Source: Klebsormidium nitens (lineage: Eukaryota; Plantae; Klebsormidiophyceae). From it: 64,000 nt of DNA. Made by a program: the position numbers and the translations under genes. Below the pieces are notes generated by a model that worked only from the letters and a program-made list of their open reading frames with translations, was not told the DNA's origin and did not search any database. Positions 48,217 through 60,141 of this stretch are shown in pieces. The stretch lies in contig DF236998.1 in NCBI GenBank assembly GCA_000708835.1, positions 107,880 through 171,879 of the forward strand. Direction: 5' to 3'. The first letter of the stretch is position 1. Each line of letters starts with the position of its first letter.

Positions 48217-51200
48217 ATGGTTCCCAGCATGGACGCACCGTACTGCCCGTCCCCGAGCCCCATCAACTCCCCTGGGGGGCCCGACGAGCTCTACCGCCAC
48301 CCCCCCGCGCCGAGAACCCACTGGCCGGGGTGGACAAACCTCGCCGGGCAGCAACAGGTGTTACAGTGCGCGCGGCTCTCGGAGCTCTACGCCGCGTTGC
48401 ACCGGCACTACATGCTGAGCTGTCCGTTTGAGCGGCTGGAGAGTGGGACACGTGTCCTCATCAGCTGGAAGTGGGAGCCGACCGCAGAGCAGGGGGTCGT
48501 GGACGTCAAGTTCAAGAGCCCCGCTGAGGTGGCCGCTGAGCTGGCGGACCTGAGGCGGGGCAAGGTGGACGACAATAGGTGGGCTTGGCACAGGGGTTCA
48601 ATGCTGGTTTGGGTATGATTTTGCTTGTTGTTCGGGTGTTGGTGTGGAAATTAGTCCGCTTATGGGTGTCAAGTTGGCATGCGTTTGCTGTGGGTTTGGG
48701 TGTGACTTCCCCTTTGCTTCAGGTTGCTGGTGTGGAATGGTTTCTGCTTATGGGTGTCAAGTTGGTTACGGAGATGGTTTGAAAGGAGTTCGTCGGGATG
48801 CTGGTTTTTATGGTATGTCTTGGGTGGCCTTTGATGTGGTATCTAGGGCTGCGAGGAAAGCTATAAAAGGACCTTTCCTCCTTTTCATTGAGGAAGCTGA
48901 GGAGAGGCACCAAAGTTGGGGTTGATATTTGATCTTGTTCCTTGCATTTTGGACCCTGAATCTTGACTGGCCTTTGGTTGGCTGAAGCATGTGAAGCTTA
49001 AAGAAGGGCACTCAGAACAACAGATGGAAAAAACTGGCTCCGCCTCGCTTTGAACCAGCATATGAATGCTTTCCTGCTTCGTTTGTAAAGTAAAGTGTGG
49101 GGCTTCCAGTCCGTACATGTGGCAAGCATTCGTTTCTTTGTTGATTGAGCCAGCGTAGCCACTTTCTGACGAATCAGAGACAGTTTCCCCCATTTCAATT
49201 CAGAAGTAGGCTTTTGATGCTTCTTATTGCTACTTTTGATCTCTTTTTCTATCCTTTAGTTTGAAAAGCTGGGAAGGGGATCCTGGATACTCAAGAGTCA
49301 GAATGAGCCTTGTTCTGGCTTTCATTTGTTTTGTTACTGAGATTGTGTTGAGTTAAAACTTGGATCCATTTGGAGTTTCCCATGGCCTGAGGCTTTTATG
49401 TACGCTTTGCTCTCAAAACATTTTTGAAAACGGCGCCTGGATTGCAAACTTTGAGCTTAAAAGTATCTGATCCAGGTTTTTAGCCGCTTCTTCAAGGTGT
49501 CTTGAATGGATCGTTGCCACAAAGCGCTTTCCCAGAACGAAGTGCTAACTCTGAATGACTTCAAGTTAGACTAGGATCTGGATGTTGCTTCGTTTGAGCG
49601 ATGCCCTCCCTTACACTTAAAGACAATCGCATCAAGGCTGATTCTCTTTGTTAAAGCCTGACAGCTTCTTTTCCAGATGGTAAGTGCAAGCTGTCACTCG
49701 TCGTTCAAAAGGTTTCTGCTTCTAAGCCTCCCGTCTGATCACAGTGTTAGCTTCTTCCGCAAAAGAACAGCAGAATTTGAATCTTATTAACGACACAGAT
49801 TTCTACCCCCTCCATCGTGCGCAACATCGACCCGCTGCTTGTCTTCTCCCTTCTCCACGAAATCCACCCTCTCTCCCTCGGATCTTTGATCGTTTCTTGA
49901 CGGCTCTAAAGCGTTTACAGAACCCTCTTGAGATTTTTTGTAACCTTTCGAACTCTGCAGTGGTTAGAACTAGACCCTCGGCTTTGAACCGTCATTGGCA
50001 ACAAACTTGCTGATCAAGTCCTCCCTAACCGCTTGCAGGAGCAACGAAGGTGGCATTCTTCACTTGGTGGGAAGCACAGACGTTTTCTGGAGCAGCATCA
50101 TTTATTGGCACATGCACGGCACGTGCATGCCCATAAGCTATGCTGAGCTGGGGTTCAAGGTGCCGCGGCCGCCAACCAAAAAGCCGCCCCCCGAAGACGA
50201 CCGCTTCGCTGGCCCTCGGATGCGGAGGTACGTACCGCTCATAATCGGCCATTTGCTAAGACAGTTATCATCTGAAGGATACGTTTTGCATCTTCGAACA
50301 CGATTAATCGCTTATCTGGTAGCTGGCCTTGTCTTCGAACGAGTACGGGAAGTTATTTGCAAGGATTCCTCATTCTGGTGATACAAGGTGTCGCACAGCT
50401 TGGATGTTGCACCTTAAAATCGGCTTTGCAGTTGGTTCAGAGTACCCTAAACTCGTGCTATAGCGTTGTCGAGCTTATCTGGAGTCTCACTTTCGATCGA
50501 GGATAAATCTTCGAATGGTAAATAAACTTTTATCGCGAGAGGCTATATGGGACAGAAGTCTTTGAGATGGCTCCCGCCAAGAACCACTTGTGCGGTACTC
50601 AATCCGCTTCCATTGCTTAACTCTCGGAGTCTTGCTGGACTCGACTTAGCTCTGAAAGCTTTTCTGCTCAAATGGCTTGCAGATGCGGTTCCTTTTTTTC
50701 TCGATTCCGTTTACTCTTTCTACGATCTTACAAAGGAGACAACGCCGGTTTGTATTACCGCCGTCCCTTCTGCGCTCGAAGGCCCCGGATTTGCGGCTTC
50801 GTCGTTATCCCCCGCTTCTTCTCCCTTCCAGAATTGCAGGACTCTGGAATCGATTGCGCGGCCAGACGTTAAGATGAATTGCAGAATAGGTCAAGCCGAT
50901 CGGAGTCCGAAGCTTACACTTTGTAATAGCTCTTCTGAGGCGAATGCTACTGACCCGTTAGAGGACATTTTCGCGCCTTCTTACTCTCGTCCCCGCTTTC
51001 TGCTGGATACGCGATACTAAACCTGGTTGAGCGAGTGACACAAGCCGCTCTAAATTTGCAATTCCTCAATCTGCAATCCGGAACATGCACAAAACCCAAG
51101 CGCAAAGGGATGCACTGAAGAAGAGCTTTTTTCGCTCTACTCAGCTCCCCTTAGGGGCGTGCCTCTTCATTCCACACCTCCGCAAAATGTGGCTCCGCGC

Positions 51201-52634
51201 TCAAATCCTTTAACCCGATTCATGCACAAACCCAAGAGCCTGCTTTGCCAGATACCCTAACGGCCCTCCTCCGAGTGCAGGCTCAACGAGCGCCTCTCGC
51301 GCTCGTCCGACAAGTCTCCGGTCTCGGACGACGAGTCCGCTCTGCGCCCCCAGCGGAATCCGTTCCCGGACCTTCCGCCCGGGTGGCAGGACGCCCGGCG
51401 CGCGTGGGACAAAGCGCTCGAGCGGACCGCGCGGGTGGGCTACATTGTGCACTGCATGTTCTTTTGCAGCGAGGCAGGGTGCGCCGCGGGCGAGCACTGC
51501 GCGTTGCGGCACGACGAGAAGCGGTGAGTGACTTTAAGTGTCCTGGTGATTCTTCAGATAAAAGCCGTTGAATTCGATTCAGATTGCCTCGCGCAAAATG
51601 AACTCTGAAATGATAGCGGTAGGTGTATTGCATGTTCTTCTGCACCGACGCGGGGTGCGCCGCGGGAGAGCACTGCGCGCTGCGGCATGACGAGAAGCGG
51701 TGAGTGGGGTCTTATCATCATTTTGAAATTTGGAGATTTCGTATGAGTATGCGAAAGAATTGCGCACGCGGAAGCGGAGAGCATTTTGCCGCCAACTAAA
51801 CATTGCGCGCTGCGGCACAGGAGAAGCGGCGAGAGGGCTTCCAACCGGCTTGATCGGGAGCGTTTACAGTCGCATGACTGAGTACGAACAGGGTTTTGAG
51901 AGCATGTAAAACCTGGGAAGAGAGGGACCGTGTACGGCCGACAAGCACTGCGCGCTACGGCACGACGAGAAGCGGAACCATTTTTAGCAGAAGTCTTGGA
52001 AATGCGGTGGGTTCCCAAAATGGCAAAAAAGGGAAGTATCGCGAAGACCAAAGCATCAATCAAAAGAACGGGAACGATTCGCCCCGCAGGAAAGGTCGGC
52101 AAAACGGCCCGCTTGTAACGGAGAACGATTTTTTCCTTCGTCACCAGAAGGGAACCGCGGGCGAAGTCACAGTACTTCGATTAAAGTAGCATCTTTGCTT
52201 GGGCATTTTTCCTGGCGGACGACCGATCTTTCCAATCTGTCTTTCCGACACAAACCTTGGTGAAAGGTGTCAGGAAAAGGAACACATGATCGGTCAACGG
52301 AGTGCGCAGTTTGCGTCGCAGACGATCCTTCTCGTACATGGTAAGAAGCCCAAAAGATTCTGGTCGTCGAGGGAACATATTGCCGTCAGTCCGCTCACCT
52401 GATTCCGGTCCCTGCAGGCGAGAGTGGTGCGCGGAAAACGCAGTGCTGGAGCGGAGCCGCAGCGCCCCCCCGCCGCGCCCGGCCGCCGACGATTACGAAT
52501 CCCCCCCCTGGGAGGAGCCTGCACCGGCACCCCCCCGGATCGCTCCGCACCATTTGCGGAGGAGCTGGCCCGGCCGACCGGCGGTGGGGGCGAGTTCACA
52601 GCAGACTACGTACGTGTTGAGCCAGCGGGTGTGA
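48217..52634 (+). CDS. Unknown protein with one C-x8-C-x5-C-x3-H zinc finger. Exons 48217-48578, 50138-50227, 51281-51523, 52418-52634
   Basis: GC-rich exons join in phase 2/2/2: ...KVDDN|SYAELGFKVPRPP...RMR|RLNERL...HCMFFCSEAGCAAGEHCALRHDEKR|REWCAENAV...SQRV*. CCCH spacing is exact. Confidence 0.72.
51623..51980 (+). repeat. Three intronic copies of the zinc-finger exon end plus donor
   Basis: cactgcgcg(c/t)tgcggcacgacgagaagcg recurs, with junction-equivalent positions at 51699/51700 (GT intact), 51828/51829 (GC) and 51974/51975 (GA). The real donor is at 51524. Confidence 0.93.
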
Positions 52635-54144
52635 ATGGGCGCCCCGCTGAAGAGTGTAGACTAGTGTTGCGGTGTGAATTCGCACCAGAAAAAACAGGAT
52701 CAGCGAACGGTTGACGAACGTTGTAGCCGACTGACGTAAGCAAAACGGAGAGGGATTCGCTTGTCGCAGGACTGCGGTCTCGCAGTGCGAAGAGGGACGT
52801 GTTGAGTGGCGTTGACGGAAGATCCGCTGAGTGCTGCTAGCGGAACAAGAAAAGACCAGAGCGGACGCCGGACCCAGAGAAGGCTTAGCCTTCAGTGTAT
52901 CCGGTTCAGTATCGGGGTCGATAGATTCTGTACCACTTCGTGACGGTCGCAATCGAAGACTGCTCCAACGTCGGACCCAACAGTTGCAAAAAATTCCCGA
53001 GACTCCGCCAACGCGAACAAAACCAAGCAGATCTGCTGTTTGAAGCTAGGCAGTTGACAGTAGGCCCTAGAATTTCAAATAGCTGTTTGGTTCAGATCAA
53101 TTTCGAGTGATGGTGCCGGCCTCACGCCGTTCGCACTGTATTGCTCCACGGTAGAGTGTTTGCTCAGGAGTAGACGACAGGTACGTAAAGTAAGTAGAGA
53201 GTTTTGCCCATGTTCCATTGGGGCTGCTCCAGCTCAGTCTAGGAGGCTTGTTAGCCGTAGCCCATGGGGGTAAGCCAGATTAGGCTAGACTAGGCATGTT
53301 GAACTGAAGCTCGCGGTCAAAGCTCAGTTGTTTCGATCAGCCGAAGTTGAGAAGTTGTTGAGATCACGGTAGAATCTTCTCAAGTACAAATGGCTGCTCT
53401 ATAGCGCGCCTCGACTTTCCTGTCGACGTCCATTTTGTCAGGAGCTTTCCGTCAACTTCCAGTGACAATATTGAGTGTTGCTCTGAAGTTCCAAACTGCG
53501 GCCTATATGCCATTGCTCGATCGCGGAGCTTATATGCTGTACTGTACATGATCGCTTATAGTAAGCGTGAGGCAAGATGTCATGATGATCATGTCAATGA
53601 TTCAAATTGCAAATTCTTGCATGTGGCTCAGATTGTTGAACAGGTTAAAGCTCTCTAGACATATCATGATAGGACGGTAATGATCATAGTTCCTATCATT
53701 GCTATAGAGTTATATATACCCATGCCATGCAGGGAACGCACTCTGCCCTAGGCATGACCGAATCAAACGGGACATGCAGGCTGTATGTGCACCACTGGCA
53801 AGTGTATGTGCAGATACCGAGTTTGAAAAACGTGTTCAATCAAAAATCGGATTACTGCAACAGTCAGATGCTTGGATGGTGGCGACCGTACACTGAGTGA
53901 CATGTTATCTTTGAAACCGTGCGGGTATACATGGAACCGATATCTATTTCAATTGTCGCGCAGCACTGTTCGTTTTCGTGCTACCAGTATCTGAAAAGGA
54001 GAACTCTAGCCTCATGCGCTGATGAAACTTGAAGCAATACACGCCGTGCTCGTGCAGAACCAAGTAAGGATAGATGTGGCTGATCGGAAAGTTCCTCTCA
54101 TCTCAGGCGAACGACATGCTCAAAGGAAAGGGCAGCGAGCTTGG

Positions 54145-57100
54145 TTATGAAAGTCCTAACATGGCTCGAACCTTTGCCCGGACACTCTCAGGCACGTCAA
54201 TGTGGCTATCCGCACCACTCTTTGCTTCTCGCTGCAAAACGGATTCCGTCTCATCCAATCTCCCCTCTACTTCTCGGTTCACAATCAAACCCGTCGCCGC
54301 CTCCTCTCCTCTTCCCCGTAATCCAAGCTTGTCCGGCCGGTTCCCCGGTGCTCTTTTTCCCGCCACAACGTCCGCCTGAGACACCTCAGCCGAGCCAGTC
54401 CCCGTCCCCCACGTGTCACGCTCTTTCTCGCCGCGCCTCTCCCCTGCATCCCTGCCTGCTTTCCCAGCTTCCCTTGGCCTTTCACTTCCACTCAAAGCCC
54501 TATCCTGTTCATCGATGCGTTCTCGTGACAACCCACCCCTCTCCTCTTCCCCCCGTCGACTCCTATACCGATCCGTGCCTCCATCACGCGGCTCCTCTCC
54601 ACGAATCTCGCCCTCTTCCGGAGTCTCTTCCCGCTCCCGCCGTCCCTCCCGATCCCGATGCCGCTTCCGTCGCCGTCGCTCCTCTCCCTCTACGTCCTTT
54701 CCGCTTCCGCCGACTTCCAATTCCTCGCCCCCGACCGATCCGTTCCGGCCAGCCTCTCCCCTTGCTTTCCGCTCTCTCCTCTCTTTCCGCCTCCGCCTCC
54801 TCTCCTCTCCATCCTCTTCCTTCCAAGACCCGGTATAATCATCGCCTCTATGCCTGCAATCCCGTTTCTGCCGGCGCTCCGTTTGCTCTCCTTCGCCCCT
54901 ATCTTCCCCAGCAACACGTTTCCTTAGTTCTCCTTCTCCTACCACCTCGCCTTCCTCTCGAGGGCTCTCCAGGCTCCCTTTTTCGCTACCCCTCAAACCT
55001 ACCTCTTTCTGTTTGGCCGCCTCACCCGTTTCTCCCGCCGCCTCGGCCTCAGCAGCCTCTTCCGCCGCACCGCCGGGTCCGACGTCACGGCTGACGTCAG
55101 CGCTCCCGTCCCGCGCGATTGCTCCAATCACACCGCTGCCCGAAAGCCCCAAACGCTCCCCTGCACCGCTACCCCCGAGGCTCGAGCTCTCTGCCCCAAC
55201 CCGCCCCCCGAGCATGGCCGCAAACATCTTGGCCCGCTTCAGCCGCTCGGCACGCTTCTTCTCGGCCGCCGTCAGACGCGCGTCGGACGAGTCCGCCTCC
55301 CCCGCGGCTGCCGCGGCCGCCGTGCGGGCCGCTTCGACGGCCGCTTTCTCGCTCAGTGTCTCGTGGTTTAGGGAGCCGGTTAGGCTCGCTCTTCTTTGTC
55401 CGACCAATGCCAAACCACCCGATGTTGAAGCATCCAGTCTACCCGGGGAAAGCCCGCCCTCTTTTGCACCTAAAGGGGGCATTGGAGACACCTCTGCTCC
55501 GACCGCTGTTTCGGCCCGCTCTTGCAAGCCGTCCTGATCCTCGAACGCCTTGCCCCAGGTAGCTTTCATAACCGCCGCCCTAACCGCATCAATGCCTAAA
55601 CCACTGGGCTTAACCTCTGGCGGCCCGTTAGCCACTCGGTTAGCGCTAACCGACGGAGAGGGGGTCCGGGTCGCTTGCAAGACTGCCGCTCTAACAGCAT
55701 CGATCCCTAGCCCGGCAGGTTTGCTCCTTTTAGCACCTTTCGTTTCCTGCCCGTCGCTGGCGATTGGCGAGGCGCCCCGTTTTCTAACCCGGTTTTCTAA
55801 CCCCTTCAGCTCGGTGTGGCTGCCGAAGGAGGCGGTACGGGTCGCTGCCAAAACTGCGGCTCTAACCGCATCCGCCCCTAACCCAGCTGGCCGACCGGAC
55901 TGTGCATAAACATCTTCTTCTTTCGTTTCTCCGAAGAAGAGGAGCTCTGTCTGCTTGTGTTCACCACTGCCCCCCTGGGTGCTTTCTGAGGGGTCAATTT
56001 CAGACTTGGAAGAGGCCCCCCGGTTGTGATTTGGGGGTTCAGCGGTGGCCAGGGGAGGAAGGGTTTCGGCGGCTGAGTCGGGGAGCGATGCACCGGCGCC
56101 TGGTTGCTGTTCGACCGTTGGTTCCACTGTCTCCAAGCCCTGAAAAGAAAGAACAAAACTGTTTTTGTGACTGGCAAACAAGCCTTCTTTCCAAGCAGGT
56201 TCAAGCTGCACACCGGCTCAGAGTCATAACAAAAAACGAAAGCTTAACAAAACTCACAGCTGACCAAAGAGGGGCTACATTGCAGAGTGGTTTGAAGTTG
56301 AGAAATAGAGTGCGCGCCGGTAATGGACCTATCCAGAAACACCACGCTGCCTGCGAAGGAGGGTGCGGGATTGGAAGCAGCACAACACTCGTGAATGCCG
56401 TTTGGGGAACTCCTAGAGATCCTACACACAGAAAGCCAAGGAAACGGGGCAAGCTTAGAGTTTCTGCCCAAGGAAAGTGCACGCAGTTCCTCACCTTCTT
56501 TCTAAGAACCTCGTCTAGCAGGCTCGCATAGTAGCCATGGTAAGAGTCGCCCGGCGCCAGAAACGGGAACCGACCCTCCCCTTCGTCCTTCTTCCGCACC
56601 ACCTCCTCAAACTGCCTCCCGTTGCGGGCAATGAATTCGACCATCTTCTCAATGACCCGCTTCGTCTGCAGCGGGGGCTCGTTCACACCCACCGCAAGGG
56701 GCTCGTTCACAGCAGCAGGCAGGGGCTCGGTCACACCGCTCGGCGGCAGCCCGTTTACACCTGCTGCCAGGGGCTCGTTCACACCCGCAGCTTGGGGCTC
56801 CTTCACACCAGAGGCCAAAGACGGCTTGCCCTCTTCTTTTGAGGGCTGGTCTACAACCGAGTCGTCCAGAAGCTCAGAACCTTTTCTTCCCGCCCCAGAA
56901 CTGGCTTCAGAACCTTTTTCGACACCGCTCACAGGCGCCTCCGACTTGATTTTCCGAACGGCAGCTAGCGGTGGGTTCTTGGCGATTGCGAACCTGACCG
57001 CAGGAGCAGAGGGGCCTGCGGCAGCCTTTCCTTTCTCCCCCGCCTCCGATAGAACCTGCTCTGCAGGACGGTCCGGAGTCTCGACTTGAACGTCCGTATT

Positions 57101-59583
57101 TTCAAGGGCCTCAGAAGAATGAGAAGTCGTTTCCCGAGCCCCACACGACGACTGCACCGGAGTTCCTCCCTCCGAGGGTCCTTCCTTTAACCCGTCTCCC
57201 GCGCTTGCATCACAGTCCTGCGTTCTAACAGACCGCTCCTCCAGACTCCCTCGCTCCTGGCCGTCCTCAAACAGACCCTGACCTTTTGTAGCTTCGTCAC
57301 CCCCTTCTGTTCCGTTCCCATCCTCCCTTTCGTGTTCCCGCCCCTCACCAGAGGGTTGTATTGCCCCCCAACCCTCCCCAGAAGTTTGAACCGCTTCCTC
57401 CACCTCTTCAGAAGGCTTGGGCCCTCCTTCCCCCTCTTCAGAAGGCTGTGCCCCTTCCTCTCCCTCGCTCTCGTCCTTGTCGTCTTCTCCATAAGCTGCC
57501 GCCACGAGCGACACCGCATCCCTCTCCTTGGTTTCCGAAGTCTCCCCCTGGGGTTTACTCTGCATCGCCTGAGCCAGCCGCTCGTAGTTCTCCACCATGA
57601 AATGGAAGAAGGGGTGCAGCGGGTCTTCGGGCATGAGGAAGCTGAAGGTCGGGTTGCTGCCCTGTTTGACGCGCAGGATGATCTCGGTCTGGCCGCCGTG
57701 GGTGCGGACGAACTTGGCGGTGTGGAGCATGACTTGGTGGTGCTTCTGGCTGGCAGGCTGCAAAGGAGAAGGAAAAAGAAGGGGTACTCTGATCAGTCCA
57801 AGAGAGAAGACAGGGTTCGAAAGTTCTGGAACATACTGTGCTCGACATAGTTGAGGATTTATAGGATCGAAGAGCAGGTTTAAGAAACTAATCAAATTTC
57901 TACCAAGACTCACTGAGTCGAACGGAGCTGTCCAACATCAAAAATCGCACCACCAAGACATTCTAATGGGACGCTTATGAATTACCCCTTCCCTTCCTTT
58001 CCTCGAAGGTGTTGGTATTCAGCTCCCCCTTTGTCCACAAATCTTGTGAATCTACAAACTCTAAAGCCCTGCATATCACCGAAACAACCCTACCTATGTC
58101 CGGCCTAAAACAAAGGCTTTGTCTTCCTGAAGATGCATAGAAATTGGCATATATTTTTCTAGATCAGGAGAGCAGGGTTGTTCGAACGCTTCCCTAGTGA
58201 CTGATATTGAAAGAAGAAGATACATCACCTGGCTTTCGGCGACCACCGTGCGGATGCCTGCGAGAGGACACTCATTGCAAGACTCGTCAGCACGCTTGAA
58301 CGATATCCCAGGTCGACTGGGAGTGGCAGATCCACTCGACCTTACAATAGCATCCGGGCTTGTTCTGACACTGACAAGGAGAAACGCATATTGTAAATAC
58401 TGCATTGTGACACCAGAAACCTTTGGATAAAACCCTGCAGGTTAAGAGAGTGACAAGAAAACAATAGAATGACCATGTCTCCCAAGTATCAGTTGATTGC
58501 AATCCTGAGCTCACACATCAAGCTGCACAAATAAGTCCTGCTCGCAGTGCAGCGGCCTCTTTCAAAACTTTTCTCAAACAGCAACCAGAGTGGCCAAAGA
58601 AAATGAGGTCCTAGAAGAGACCAATCGTTCAGACCAGTACTTACCATTCTTTCAAGTAATTCAGTTGGCACAGGGTAAGATGGTTGGAAGCTTTCTGTAG
58701 CGTCCGCTTCAGTTGACAGTGGTTCTGGAGCAGCGGCGCTGGCTGCCTCGTCCCGTGCAGGCTCCGGAGTTTCTCCATATGAGAAGCCAACACTCTTGTA
58801 AGCAGCACCGTCTACTTTCTGCCGCTTCCGGTCTTCCTCTGCAAGATACATCAAAACGATCTTGTGAGTCATCAGACTAAGCTTTTGAAAAACTCGTCTC
58901 TGGTTCGTTCAGGTGGTTGCTGAGTCAAATGGTAGTAAACTAGGACAAAAGAAAAGACTGCACACGAACCTGCGTTTCTAAAAGTACCGTTTGTCCTGGG
59001 TGGCAAGAAGTTGACAACTTGATTGCTCTTAACAAGAAAGTTGACAAGACAGTTGCCTTCTTAAATGGTTGACTCATGCAACATTCATGCAATACGCTTC
59101 ACACCCAGCATTCACGCACTCTTTTGTTTGGGAGATACTGACACAAAACCAAAGCAGGAAATTGGCGACGACATTGTGATGCGACTGAATCGTACCTTCA
59201 AGCTCCTCTAAGTACTCCGCAGTCCCTGGGGCATTCTCCAGATCAAAGTACCTCTCCCTGTCCAACGCTTCTTCGTCTTCATCCTCTTTCCCAAAGTGAC
59301 GGACCTCTGCCTGTCCTTTTCTTAGACTGCTAACATCCGTCAGCAGATGCCTCGCATCATACCTGTCGATGCGAAGCTCCGGGTCGCCTATCCAGGGAAG
59401 AAGGGACTCCTCAGAATCCAAGTACGCTGCGAGAACCTCGTCAGAGAAGAGTGTGCAGCTGTAACCAATAGCCTCCAGCAGATTGCTTTCCTGATTGAGT
59501 TGGTTCGAAGATCGTCCCTTCTGCCCCTTCTGACGGCGCCTCTTCCTTCTCTCATCGACAAAGAGGTCCACATGCCCTGCCAT
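54145..59583 (-). CDS. SFSWAP: SWAP/SURP splicing regulator (suppressor-of-white-apricot type). Exons 59583-59196, 58838-58645, 57757-56495, 56139-54145
   Basis: N-terminal DRY_EERY-type region (IGYSCTLFSD...LLPWIGDPELRIDRYDARHLL...LDRERYFDL). SURP1 (HQVMLHTAKFVRTHGGQTEIILRVKQGSNPTFSFLMPEDPLHPFF). SURP2 (KRVIEKMVEFIARNGRQFEEVVRKK...FPFLAPGDSYHGYY). AERLKRAKMF motif and R/E-rich tail. Confidence 0.9.
56674..56817 (-). repeat. In-frame 24-bp coding minisatellite (6 units)
   Basis: ggggctcgttcacacc-type units every 24 bp, encoding GVKEPQAA/GVNEPLAA/GVNGLPPS/GVTEPLPA/AVNEPLAV/GVNEPP. Confidence 0.9.
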
Positions 59584-60141
59584 TGGATGTCGTTCTCAGC
59601 CTCTGGCGGCACGCCAAGCACCGCCAGGAAGACGCCCCAAATACGCCCTTCTCTCACGCTCAGGCTGCTTTTGTTTTGTGTTTCTCGAAAGCCAGCATAA
59701 GAAAGATAAGTTCTATACGATATCCGTCCGCTTATATGCTCATGAAGCTAGAGGGCGGGCGCGGGCTTTGCATTAGGCCCACGCCCGATATGTTTTCAGT
59801 TGGTGCTCCAGGCGCTGGAGCGCCCTATGGTCTGCATCCCGTCGACCTTCTTCATTGCAAGGCCTTCAGATTTCTTATAACCAGACAGTAACCAAGTATA
59901 TTAGGTGAACAAGTCGGAAGCTCCGGATATATCATAGACGTGCAAATTGATTACATATGAGACTTGAAAACATTCCTGAATCCTCCACCATTTTGCACTT
60001 CTCCCACATGAGAATGTGGTGGTGCAACTCAGTTTCTCGAGGAAGAAAGGAGGGGCGCACCAAGAAAGAAGAGGGAGGCAGCTGGCATATTTGAGAATTG
60101 TCCACTCTGGAGAGACAAGCGTCAATTACTTTTTGCCCAAG

